The notes under the pieces: model-generated | Database searches by the model: none | Told to the model about the DNA's origin: nothing | Seen by the model: the letters and a program-made list of their open reading frames with translations, nothing else | Made by a program: the position numbers and the translations under genes | Assembly: GCA_051530055.1 (NCBI GenBank) | Contig: CM121342.1 | Span: forward strand, 9,563,480-9,627,479 | Length of the DNA: 64,000 bases | Direction: 5' to 3' | From: Neoechinorhynchus agilis | Taxonomy: Eukaryota; Animalia; Acanthocephala | Shown here: one piece after another, positions 13,291 through 25,543 of the stretch | How the letters are laid out: each line of letters starts with the position of its first letter | How positions within the stretch are numbered: the stretch's first letter is position 1

Positions 13291-14119
13291 TTAAAACTTC
13301 ACTTACAAAACGATGGATGGATCTGAATAAAAATCATAAATCTTATTTGCATTCGATCTATCATTGAAAAGTTATACAAACCTGCGTAGGAGCAAGACGG
13401 CGGCTGGTATCCATCCAGGGCATCAGATCAACGAAGAAATAATATCCGGTGATTGTAGCATTTTAATAGTGAGTAAAATAGAGAATGCTACGTTGCGCAA
13501 ACCGCCCTTACAGCACGAATTTGAGTTATGTGAGTGCGTGTTTTGGTTCTATGGAAGAGCACAGTGAGTCAACTGGCGTACGTTTAGATTTGTGTGTGTG
13601 TTTGTAAAGCTCGAGGGGTCGTCGGCTGTCAAAGAATGCGTTGACAGGTCGACGGTTAGTGCCAAAGGATTAACAATTAATGGCTTTCTTGGTGGGTCAC
13701 AGTGTGCATTTGGCCAAATAGTAGTCGGCTAATGGATGCTAGACAAACTGTATGGAGATATAATTATTCTTCGGGGAGGAAACAATTAGAAGCACATGTG
13801 TGTGCTCTCTTCGTATAATGAAAGGTTGAGTGGATACTCTTGGATTCATTATTAAAATGGAAATTTTGTCTTTCTTGAACTGCCGCAAATGCGCCTTTGT
13901 GAGACGAAGAATACCCATTTGGAATTGTTCAAAACAAGTACGGCCGTAGATCGCTAAAGTGGTCAAATGTTTTAAAAGAAAACGTAAAATTAGGCATCCA
14001 AAATCTTTAAAAGGAGGTGGATTCATTAGTTGTTCAAAAGAATTATGCGTGGAGCTTTTTATGTACTTGTGATTCATTGCCAAAATTAAAGGGGTCATCT
14101 CTTTAAGAGCTGCGAAGAA

Positions 14120-14635
14120 TGAATTCTCTAAAAGTTTGTTCAAAAAAGGGTTTGAACAGAATCTGAATTACATTGATGAACTGGTAGAAAAAGCTACGAT
14201 TTATCGAATCGTTATAGACGACGAGATTGTTCAAAGGAACTATGAATAGGGCAGCAAAAAATGAATTCTCTAGAAGTTTGTTCAAAAAAGGGTTTGAACA
14301 GAATCTGAATTACATTGATGAACTGTTAGAAAAAGCTACGATTCATCGAATCGTTATAGACGACGGGATTGTTCAAAGGAACTATGAATAGGGCAGCAAA
14401 AAATGAATTCTTTAAAATTGTTCAAAAAAGGGTTTGAACAGAATCTGAATTACATTGATGAACTGGTAGAAAAAGCTACGATTCATCGAATCGTTATAGA
14501 CGACGGGATTGTTCAAAGGAACTATGAATAGGGCAGCAAAAAATGAATTCTTTAAAATTGTGTTCAAAAAAGGGTTTGAACAGAATCTGAATTACATTGA
14601 TGAACTGTTAGAAAAAGCAACGATTTATCGAATCT
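14120..14635. repeat. Tandem repeat, about 141 bp unit, about 3.7 copies
   Basis: gaattct....aa..ttgttcaaaaaagggtttgaacagaatctg recurs near 14121, 14264, 14405 and 14545. Confidence 0.9.
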
Positions 14636-15404
14636 TTAATTGTTGACCGAACACTGATAAAAACTTTAAGAAGTCAAAAGTATTTTCATAGGACGAATAA
14701 TGTCTCCTATAGAAGTGGACTTCTAAAAAAAGGTTCAATGTATGCTTATAATGGTTATTGGGAAACCTTTAAACCAAAAAAAGCGACTTGAATTAGAGTT
14801 CAAAAGAGATCTATGAAAAGAAAGAGTAAATCGCGTTTTTTCGAATAAAAACTCGATTGGGCGTTCTTACCTCGTATGGATGATAAAAGTATCCTAACAT
14901 ACGTATCCGCGCGTGTTCTCCGCACTACCAAATCATTCTCTTGTCCTATTTCCACACACACCGAACTCTCCGTTGGTTCTCTTCTGCTTCTCGTCGTCGC
15001 CGTAGTGGTGGTGGTTGGAAGTACACACACACACAGAGTGGAAGCTACTAGAAGTATTCGTTTGGTGCCTTTTATACTCTCTCTCGCTCTCTCTCGCTCG
15101 CTTTGAGACAAACGCAGCGTCGCTGCTATGTGTCGGGAACTCTCGGTTCCTCGAGCTCCTATCTACGAATAGGCCATCATCAATGCAGTCGTCGTTGCGG
15201 GAGCAATGACAACGAGACTGTGCACTCCAATGGGGCTCTGGAAATGCGTCCGTTAGCGCAGTGGTGTGCTGCAATGGAAACACAAAGTTTGGCTTTTTAA
15301 CGACTTCTGACTGGACACTTTTACGTGAGGAAACCTTTTGTACCACTTCCCAACACAAACATCTCACCCTTGGATCAACATACGAGAAGGCGATGATCAT
15401 CCCT

Positions 15405-16240
15405 CCTTAATTATTAGGAATCTTTTTGACCATTTTGTTTAATTTGAATCCCGTTTGATCCACTCAAAAATACGGACAATCGGAACTCAAGTCCATTGGG
15501 CCAACTTTACATAATTAAAAAATAGTAAAAACTCTTTTTCACAGGTTTTGTTGCTTGGGCACACCGTTCACCCCTTAATTATTAGGAATCTTTTTGGCCA
15601 TTTTGTTTAATTTGAATCCCGTTTGACCCACTCAAAAATACGGACAATCGGAACTCAAGTCCATTGGGCCAACTTTACATAATTAAAAAATAGTAAAAAC
15701 TCTTTTTCACAGGTTTTGTTGCTTGGGCACACCGTTCACCCCTTAATTATTAGGAATCTTTTTGGCCATTTTGTTTAATTTGAATCCCGTTTGACCCACT
15801 CAAAAATACGGACAATCGGAACTCAAGTCCATTGGGCCAACTTTACATAATTAAAAAATAGTAAAAACTCTTTTTCACAGGTTTTGTTGCTTGGGCACAC
15901 CGTTCACCCCTTAATTATTAGGAATCTTTTTGGCCATTTTGTTTAATTTGAATCCCGTTTGACCCACTCAAAAATACGGACAATCGGAACTCAAGTCCAT
16001 TGGGCCAACTTTACATAATTAAAAAATAGTAAAAACTCTTTTTCACAGGTTTTGTTGCTTGGGCACACCGTTCACCCCTTAATTATTAGGAATCTTTTTG
16101 GCCATTTTGTTTAATTTGAATCCCGTTTGACCCACTCAAAAATACGGACAATCGGAACTCAAGTCCATTGGGCCAACTTTACATAATTAAAAAATAGTAA
16201 AAACTCTTTTTCACAGGTTTTGTTGCTTGGGCACACCGTT
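15405..16240. repeat. Near-perfect tandem repeat, 168 bp x 5
   Basis: ccttaattattaggaatc at 15405, 15573, 15741, 15909 and 16077. Confidence 0.95.
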
Positions 16241-16349
16241 CCCGATGATGTATTTTGGATCAAAATAGCGCACACGAAATCACACTTAATTGTTCAAGAG
16301 ATTGCACCTATTTTATTGCTGAGCAGGAAAATGACCGACTTCGTCTTCT

Positions 16350-17526
16350 CTATAAAGTATTTAGTTTTGTAGCCAAAACAACGCGAACACACTGATCAAA
16401 AGCTCCAACGCAACCGAGTCCGACCATGTCTTTACTCCAATCAATACTATTAAGCGGCTGAGTACTTAATAATGCACTTCCCTTCTGGATTAAATCATTG
16501 TTCTCGTACTTCCACAGGTTTACATGACCACTCCCTGAACAAGTAGTGATGAGTGATCGATTCTGTGGAATGTGTCGAACGGACCATACTGTTGATCCGG
16601 CCGCGCAAATCTATAATAAAAAAACAAATTATTAAATCTTTGGAAAAGCACACGAAACCTTCTTGTTTAGACAAACGTGATTGTTCGGCTGATCGAATCT
16701 TATGAGAGTAAGTTGTGATTGGAGGCATCCAACAGCCACTCGGTTAAGTTTCTTTTCTTTTCTATCAAATTCTAGACTACATACGCCATTCAAGAGATTT
16801 ACCTCCCAAAAAATTGTCGAATTCCGCATGTCAAACAGTTTCAAGTCGCCATTTGCGTACCCGGAACAAACAAATAGGCCATCAGCGTCATCGGCACCAC
16901 CGAAACCCACCGACCAACACTCTACTCTCGTGTTCTTTGCTTTCATCGCCATAACTGCTTTTGTTGGTTCTCGAGAATCCCAAACTCGGACAACGCCATC
17001 GTCTCCGCCCGTCACCAACTCACAAACACCTGAGCCGACACCGATCCCGTCCAAACAATTAATAACTCCCGGATGAGCGCATGTCTTAAACACATCGCTA
17101 CTAGGATCATCTTTATTCAAATGTTCCAAATCTCTATTAATAATGATAGTAAAGTAAACCTTGAGTAGTGCTTGAGAAGCTTACATGACAGAAAGCCTTC
17201 CACTGAATTCAGCCAGTGCAACCTGCCTTGACAAGCAAATATTTCCTGCAAATGTCATGCACTTTACACCTGAAGGCCGTGAAATCTACAAAAAAAGACG
17301 AGGAGGTCAATGTTTTTTCGCAAATTCCATCAACCTTGGTAACTAGACGAATATCTCTTTTGTCGTTTGTCTTTGTCAATTCGTAAGTTTCCACTGAACC
17401 TTTCATGTCCGGCTTTGTTCCGCATACCATGAATGAGGCTGTAGACGGAATCCACTTGCAATCGTGTACAGTGTAATCCACTTGCTTCTCAGAATGTAAA
17501 ACTATCATGCTTTTAGAAGTACTCAT
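16350..17526 (-). CDS. WDR92: WD40 dynein axonemal assembly factor WDR92/DNAAF10; three canonical introns 17286-17334, 17134-17184, 16611-16658
   Basis: DYTVHDCKWIP, ELVTGGDDGVVRVWDSR, CSGYANGDLKLFDMRN, NGVCSLEFDRK, STVWSVRHIPQNR, STQPLNSIDWS, AFDQCVRV. GT-AG introns of 49, 51 and 48 nt restore the frame. Confidence 0.93.
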
Positions 17527-19899
17527 TTGTTTTTGTCAAATAGGCTGCTTATCGCTCAATAACCATATTAGGTTGCCTTGGAAACAATGTATTTCCATTT
17601 GAAAACATCACGCATGGATATGCTTAACGATCTCGAACCATTCGACCTATTTTTCGGACCGTTGAAAGTTTTAGACCCGAGCCGCCGTGAGTCCCTTGAA
17701 TTCGTTTATTTGAACCTGATTTTATGTTTTAGCCTATAGAATTTTTGGTTGATTCTCTTAATGCGTTTAAGATTAATAGCCAAAAGTAAAAGATTTGTGA
17801 AATAAAAAAGGGTTGATTAACTATCTCGCCGCCTGTAACATTATTTATTTACAAGAAAGTACTACAACCATAACACTAGGCATAATACTGCGAAATATAC
17901 AAAAAATACCGAAACACGATCATTAAGTTTTCGACTTCAGTTGCTTGAATTGCTTTTTTGTATTATAGATAATGACAATGGCTCATTTAGACTAAGAGAT
18001 TTATGCAAAATCGTTTTTTAAATATAAGATGATACTGATTCGTGAATTTTCTAAGATTGGAGACGATCGATGCTCATTAATTTCACGAATATACCCAGTA
18101 ATTACGCCGCTCAAATTATAAATGTTTCAACGCGAGATAAAAGTTTGCGTTTTAAGTTTTGAAATTTATGCCACAGAATTCCTTTCCGTCTACAATGGTC
18201 GTCAATGACCTATTTTTAAATCTATATGCGTTGGACTATGTTTTACTTAAAACAAAATTCTCACAAATATGCTTGAGGTCCCTATATTGATAATTGAAGA
18301 TTATTAAACTATCAACGTTCGATCGTACTTGGAGGCGAAAGCTTAGTTCCGAAATTTCATCGATCAAGGAGTTATTTTCTGAAATAGCTCCCGCTTTTTC
18401 GATGTGCCGTCAATCACAGGAATTGCATTATTTTAATGGATTAGGCAGTTTCTTATTTATTTTAATACAATTAAGTAATTAGTACTTATTTAGTTACCTC
18501 AATGCTAGAATTTCACTAATCTGATCTTAAAATTATTTAAAATTAAACTAATGACCATAAATCAATCACAATGTTTGAGAGAACAACAGTATATCGCACA
18601 AATTCAAAGAAAGCATAAAAATCAAAAAATATATATTTTTAAGACAATCGAATGCGATTTTATCCACTGAATCTTGCTTGCCTATAACGTTTTTACGGCG
18701 CTACCTGAGTAATTCGCAATAGTTTGCTGATTTAACGCAGTTTCCAACAAAGTGCGCAACAGCTTCAAATGAAACGAACATTTAATAGATTTTCGCTAGA
18801 TCGTATTTTGCTTCTCAATTTTGCACCACGATTTCCTATTAGTTTATGCATTCAGCATGGATATGCCTCGGATTTTAGTCTACGCGGATTGTAATTTTTA
18901 AATGAAATGTTTCAAAAATTTGAGGCCGTTTGTTTTCCAAAGAAATCGGAAATTAAAACAATGGTTCATGAAAAGAGTGGAGCGTCCAAGAGGTGTATTG
19001 ATTGTTTTTGAGACATGATTCGCTGAAGGTTTCTAGAACACTTAATAAAACATTTGATTTTGTTAAAAGTACTCTTCAAGGAAGAGTTTATACTTTATAC
19101 CGGGAAAATCGACACCCGCAATTCTGTTTTGTCTTTTAATGTTATAATATTTTGGGTAGAATTTATTAAGTTGGTTAGTGAGATTCTTAGAGCATGCTAG
19201 TTAGTCAAAGGATGATAAAAGTTTTTGTAGGTGAAAGATGTGATAACTGTACAATGGAGATCAAACTCGTAATAAAAGGATTTGGATTTAACCAAATTTT
19301 AGAAACAAAAATATTTTGTCTAAAACATCAAATACTTTGTTAATTTATTTGTATTCATGCTCTCATTCATAGAATTGAGATCCACTAAAAGAAAATACAC
19401 TTAGCGGAGAAGTATAAATCCATGTAAAGTGGAATTAGGTGACGTAATTCTAAGAATAAAATTGTCTCTAAAAGAGAGACTTTTGATTTTTAAACAAATA
19501 AAATCACGACCGATATTCATTTGGTATTGAACCTGTGTGCTGGGATAAAAAAGGGGATATCCTTAAAGATCGCTTCACAAAGGACCAGTCTCCTGAAAAC
19601 AGGAAGCACAAGGACGCTTCTTAAATACCTTACAAAAGGTGCAGTTGGCATACGATATGCCTTTGAGAAGTCGAAATAGAGAATCTGATTATTCGTGGGA
19701 AAGGTAAGTGTATTTTGATCTTTTTTATTTCCTGAAAATTCATGAGCTGAGACTACGGTGAATAGTTTCTAGTCTCCATTCCAGGGGAAAAACTTGTTTG
19801 TTTTCCTGCCAAAGCTGGAGGAAGAAATGTTTTGACGAACATTTAAGGGGTTCGGTATAGGGGACCGGAGTGTCCAGGTTATTGTTCTATTTATTCTAT

Positions 19900-21330
19900 T
19901 ATTAGTTTATTTGTTTAAGCATAGTACTGATCCAATTTCTTACAAAAGAAACACGATAGCTCTTATATTTTAGTAAAAATGGTAGTTGTCCGTTCAAAGA
20001 ATTTTTTTCAGCTGATTTACTATCTCGAGATTCGTGTGCCGGAGTATCTACTATTCTAAGTCAGATACACGAAGTCCATCGAAAATTGGCTCACCCAGGA
20101 GTCACTCGAATGCTACATTACACGAAGCATAACAACCTTGCTTTTTCGACAGAAGAGATTCGAAAAGTAACTGCATCGTGTCTAGTATGCTGTCGAATCA
20201 AGCCAAAAAATTTCAGGGGTTAGGATTCCATCTGATTAAAAAGCGTTCGAGATATTATCCATTAACTTTAAGGGCCACTTCCGTCCATCGGCAATGGGCC
20301 TCGATATCTACTGGTTGAGTTAGACGAATATTGAAGATTTCCAATTGCGTTTACATACGGTGCCTCTCACAGATTTTTGCGATCCTTGGACGACCCGATT
20401 ACATCTACTTAGACCGTGGCTCTTCCTTCACTTGTAAGGATCTTCAACAATGGCTAAACTCTCAAAACATTTGTCTGAGTCACACAACAGCTTTCGATCC
20501 TCATGGTTATGGACAGTACGAACGTTACAGCGACACTATTCGGAAAACCATTCAAATAATCTTCGCGGCCCCTAGTACTCCAGGAAGCCCTATATGCAAA
20601 ATACGGATGCTGTAGTGTACAAGCACTGGGCAAACGCCGCATGAAACTCAAGGCGTGTAGTGTGACTTCAAGACTACCACCAAGTTGGATTAACTCCTCC
20701 GGTAAGGTTTACCTCAAGAACTTCTTCTCACGCATTTTTCTCTCTCGAGAGGTTGCGGTTCCCTCGACAACCAATTTATCCTGCTTGGTGCAATAAACCC
20801 ATCGTTTCTTCGGCCTTCCTCGTCGGTGATTTCCCATTATATCCAGTTTCTCCGTCTTCGAAATTTTTATCGTGCCAGAGCGAAGAACTTGCGCGTCGCA
20901 TACAGGGAACGCTTTAGTTCTTTGATTGATTCGGTTGTTGGTTGTCATTTGGATCAAAATTTGGCAAGAATTTTACAGCCGGATGCCCCTCCTGACGCCA
21001 ACCCTCCTCCTTTTTCAGCCAGGCTTGGGACCGTCCTTGGCGGAGTTACCTCATGAACTTCAACAACAATTCAAAATAAGACGATAAAGTCAGCGACAAG
21101 ATATAGTCTCAATACAGAAACTGGCACCTTACAGATCGGACATTGCGGACGAACGAGGAAGCACAGACGAGCCTGTGCAATCGAACACCGAGGAAAATGG
21201 GAACGTTGCTCCATCTGATCAAATGGGCTCAAAATATGTTATTGAAGACGGCCGGGAAGTAAGACGCTCATGCCGAAACCGAAGGAATGCGGCCAAAATT
21301 GAAATTCTGATGAAAAGAAATAATTTAAAT
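19900..21330 (+). mobile_element. Decayed Ty3/gypsy LTR retrotransposon pol (RNase H end, integrase), interrupted by an insertion at about 20710-21060
   Basis: ADLLSR, HRKLAHPGVTR...C..C zinc finger, DRGSSF...ERY core, and C-terminal VSIQKLAP...RRSCR; frameshifts and stops. Confidence 0.7.
20710..21060 (-). mobile_element. SINE-like element with RTE-type 3' tail
   Basis: About 100 bp head (gtcaggaggggcatccggctgtaaaa) shared with 44344-44437, followed by RRGRPKKRW, an RTE ORF2 C-terminal motif. Confidence 0.55.
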
Positions 21331-21788
21331 TACATTTCAATCTTTTCGTCAAAATAAGTTCCCTAAAAATTTAAGATTAATAAAACCACGATGTTCACAA
21401 CGGCTCGACTACTGGTTTATGCGTTCTATCTGCGATTTATTGAGGAATCTCTAAGTACACAAAGATTGTCATTTTCAAACCATTAGATTTTCGTCAATTC
21501 ACACCGTTGAACTTTAACATGATTCAATTGAGCGTTATATTTTTAAACGAACAAGTTCTTTGTTCGTAAAGGTGCTCACGATGTGACATACTTCATTTTT
21601 GTTTCGTAGGTTACAACGAGTTTCATTGTTAGAGGTTTTCTGTACCTCGATGGATTCTAGTACCCCTGCTCATTTTTATACTCAGCCCAAAGCCCTCTGT
21701 TGCCTGTTAGGCTGAATCACACCGAAAAATGATGTATGAAGACTTTTCTATTTTTTGAAACTAAACCTATTTTACAGTTCAAGACAGG

Positions 21789-22577
21789 ATGCCGTCCGAA
21801 TACACTATAAGAAAAATCAACTCACATAGTTCCAAATACCACCATAGACGAACGATTGCAGATAGAGTTCGAAAGGGACGCCATGACAAGCATAGAAGTT
21901 CAAGAAGGGTTGTGTACATTGACACGAGCAGCTCTTCATCAGACTCTTCATCGGATTCAGAAACTGAAGAAATCCAAATTCGGAAATCGCGAAGAGGATG
22001 GCCGTCTAATATACATGTGACTTGCAGCATGGCACAACCACCGTCGACGATTAAATCGAATGCTACTGTCGACACCCAAGAAGTTCATGTTGCACGTCCA
22101 GCCAACTATAGTCCGTCAGCAACAATGCTGACAGGTGTGAAAAACCTTGGATGTTATTCCCTCCCAGCTACAACTGGAATCGGATTAGGAAATATTGCTG
22201 GATTGCCTGGTCAACTTGGTGGTTTGGCCGGTATTAGCAGTCCTGGATTACTTGGTCAACTTGGTGGATTGGCCGGTATTGGCGGTCCTGGATTGCTTGG
22301 TCAACTTGGTGGATTGGCCGGTCTAACTCCGGGAATAAAGAATTTGGGATGTTACGTCCTCCCACCAGGGGGGATGGTTAATCAGGCATTACCTACAATG
22401 TCAAGTTATGGCTTTTCGCCCCCGCCGTACGGCGGTTTTCGGCCTCCGCCGTACGGTGGTTTTCCGCCGTACGGTGGTTTTCCGCCTCCGCCTTACGGTG
22501 GATATCCTCAAATGCCGCCTGCCGTGCCGGGCGCAAAACCGTATTATTTAAAGCCAATCAATCAACAAAGACGTTGA
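21789..22577 (+). CDS. Orphan low-complexity protein (basic/Ser-rich N-terminus, GLLGQLGGLAG and PPYGGF repeats)
   Basis: 262-aa ORF whose repeats vary at synonymous positions; acceptor-like ttttacag 11 nt before the ATG. Confidence 0.7.
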   Translation: MPSEYTIRKINSHSSKYHHRRTIADRVRKGRHDKHRSSRRVVYIDTSSSSSDSSSDSETEEIQIRKSRRGWPSNIHVTCSMAQPPSTIKSNATVDTQEVHVARPANYSPSATMLTGVKNLGCYSLPATTGIGLGNIAGLPGQLGGLAGISSPGLLGQLGGLAGIGGPGLLGQLGGLAGLTPGIKNLGCYVLPPGGMVNQALPTMSSYGFSPPPYGGFRPPPYGGFPPYGGFPPPPYGGYPQMPPAVPGAKPYYLKPINQQRR

Positions 22578-23739
22578 GTTATCCTGACAGATGAAAGCAC
22601 ATTCTTGGCGCTTAACGCTATTAAACTAACTTTAATATGTGGAATAAATAAAATTGCATTCAGAACTGGGCGAATCGATGCTTTAATCAAAAACGAAATA
22701 GTTCAAAGTTGATTTTAATGGAAGAGGTTAACTTTTCGATATTTTCATTCGACAAATCAAATTCGTTTCTAACAACTAATGTTCGAGCATGCGTATTTCC
22801 TTAATGCAATTTGAACTATAAGTACTATTAATGTTGAGTATCTAACGACATAAATTTCAGGATATAAATGTCTTATAGTTATGGAAAGTTATTGCTCAAG
22901 CTTCTAGTAAATATTTAAACAATAGAAACCTTTGAAAAACAACTGGTACAACGTATTAATTTGAACAAACATGTAAATTTAAAAATTAAACTTTTATTTT
23001 TGAAGTCTGGCCAGCCGGTAACTTTTCAGCATCTATGTGTCGCCTTTTTCAAGGCTGATAATTTTCCTTGGGCAATAAGCGTCTCAAATGAAGCATCTTG
23101 AGCGGAATAATATTAGTTGATTTGTGGTGACCCTCTGAATTTGTAAACCCTGCCAAATACATAATGATATTAAAAATTTAAGCGCTTAAGCTTTTAACCT
23201 TAAACCGAATTGTAGGCTATTTGTGAATAAACAATAAAAATGAGAATCTTTCACAAACTACATTTCTACGATTTTGTTGAAGGTTACGAATTTGAGGAAA
23301 ATATCTGCTCAGTATTATTGCGGGTGGTGTATCATCTGTGGATGTTATTTCCTTTGTAATAGTCGTTGCTTCCCCCTGTGGTTATATCTTGCGTGGATGT
23401 TGTTTCGCATGTAGGTATCTCTTCGGTGGTTGTCTAGTTTGTAGTTGTTATTTCCTTTGAAAAGGTTGTTTTTCCTAGTAGTATGTGTCGTTGTCGCTTC
23501 TGTAGAGGTTATTTAGTTTGTTTAGTTGTTGTTTCCCTTTAGTTCTCTCTTGTGTGGTTGTTTTCTCCTTAATGGTTGCTATTTCCATTGTAGAGATTAT
23601 TTTCTTTGTAATGGTTGTTGCATCCCTGTGATTATCTCTTGTGTGTATGTTGTTTCCCCTGTTGTCATCTCTTTTGTGGTTGTTGTCTCTTCTGTAGAGC
23701 TTATTTCATTTGCACTGGTTGTTGTTTACCGATTACCCC

Positions 23740-24890
23740 CTACAACAGGGCTTCCGACCCAGTTTTTCTGCAATCGAGGCCCTACTTTGCATTTATGACA
23801 CGCTCCTACGTAACCTCGACAATAATCCTTTGCTCGTCACCCGTCTCATTCAACTTGATTTATCGAAAGCATTCGACTCCGTGGACAATTCACTCCTTCT
23901 CCGGGCCTGCTCCGATTTTGGTTTCCACTTGTGGCAGATCCGCTGGCTCGAATTTTATCTTCACAATCGCAAACAATACATTCACTGCCATTCTACCTTT
24001 TTTATCAGTCTATCCCTCACCAAAGGCGTATCTCAAGATGCTGTGCTGTCACCACGTCTTCTTAATATTTTCCTAAACGACCTCAAACCTCTTTCCTCTC
24101 GCTCTAAACTCTTCTTCTATGCCGACGATATCACCCATCCAACACCCATTCAACACCCACCTCTCCCTTTCTTTATCCTCTGAAGAAATCATACACATAA
24201 AAGATTTATGCTCCAATCAGAAACTCCATCTCAATTTCTCTAAATGCTCCGAAATGATTTCCTCATTCTCCCGGAACCCCATGTCCTCCCCGAGATTCTA
24301 AATGACATCCTACGAGTCACCTCCCTCAGAATTCTGGGTCTAGAAATTTCAATCAAACTTGAAATGGGACTCGCACTTCACTCTCTCCGCATCCGACATT
24401 TGGGAATTTCTTCACCCGATCTCTACAAATTTTACCTGCTTTATTTTACTTTCCCTCACCTACGATTATCCCGCCTTTTGCAACCTTTCCAAATCGCAAA
24501 TCCGCCGTTTTGAAATTCTTCACAAAAGAGCATCTAAAATTTGCACAGTCGGTTTTCCCCCCCTCACCGAATGCCTTGATACTATTTTCATAAAACAATC
24601 AAAACGCCTCTCAACCCACCCCAATTCGTTTCATCGACCTCGACCCGAATCGTCTTGGATATCAGAACTTGAAATGAACCTGAGGAAAGACCAACCTTAA
24701 AAGCGCTAATGCAAACAATAACCACCAATTCCACCAGAACGGACCTTCCAACATGACCAAATATTCCAACCCGCCCAGACTCGTAATCCACTATAAAATC
24801 AATAGCCAGTTTCATTTTCCAATCAGAACTCGGATGTTTATGAGGACCCAAAGGTACATGGGTCCTCTTTGTGCATCAACAAATAAAACG
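23740..24890 (+). mobile_element. 5'-truncated L2/CR1-like LINE (RT and 3' tail)
   Basis: LQQGFRP.FS, LDLSKAFDSVD, GVSQDAVLSP.L.NIF, YADD; 3' end ggtacatgggtcc...aataaa shared with 58540-58570. Confidence 0.85.
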
Positions 24891-25272
24891 TGTTATTGTA
24901 AAGTCTTTAAAGATTGGAAATAACTGATTCATTTGTGCGTTTCAGTAGGCGATTGATGATACTTCACTTGAGTTTAATGGGATATTTGTGCCTTCTTAGA
25001 ATTTATTCCGATCTGTACGTTCTCCTTTGGTTTTTAATTTCGTTCAAGGTATAAAACAAAATCCAGAATTTCTTTGTCATTACCGAAAATATCATATTTT
25101 TAAAGTGATTCTTCACTCGGATTTAATCAAATATGTGTTCGCCTTCTCAGAATTAATTCTAATATCGATTCTCAGCTCGTGTATCCACATCGAAAAAATA
25201 CACCTATAAGAATGCTTAAATCGGAAAGCTTGTCCGGGCTAAAGTGGCGAAGATTGTACATTCCGTAGTTGT

Positions 25273-25344
25273 GCTGAGATGGTCAAGTGGACTAATGCCC
25301 TTGATCCCAGTTAAGGATCAACTGGTTCGAATCCGTTATCGCCG
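25273..25344 (+). ncRNA. Degenerate tRNA-like Pol III unit (tRNA pseudogene or SINE head)
   Basis: Box A tggtcaagtgg (25280-90) and box B ggttcgaatcc (25324-34) within 72 nt; acceptor and D stems are imperfect. Confidence 0.4.
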
Positions 25345-25543
25345 ATGACGGACAACCAAAGGGGACCAAATAACTCGTTGATGGGAAGAGGAAACTCACT
25401 GATGAGTCCCGCCTCCTCCGGAGATATCTGAGAATCCGGAGGAATGTACAAACTCTTAACCGTACGCTTCCCAGGTGCATGAATCATGGATGTGACAGTC
25501 TAAACCATAACGAGAGGCTCCACATTTATAGCGTTGATAATTC

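Noticed and set aside
13364-15400. ORFs 13364+, 13739-, 14800- and 14933- as genes
   Set aside because: No recognisable domains; they overlap microsatellites and repeats, so they are probably regulatory or decayed sequence.
23340-23730. Cys-rich ORFs 23526+ and 23615+
   Set aside because: Artefacts of a TG-rich low-complexity tract running into the LINE fragment.
25380-25460. Hammerhead or C/D-box-like words (gaaac, ctgatgag, ctga)
   Set aside because: Only 3 nt separate GAAAC and CTGATGA, there is no GAAA after a stem II, and the C-to-D spacing is too short.
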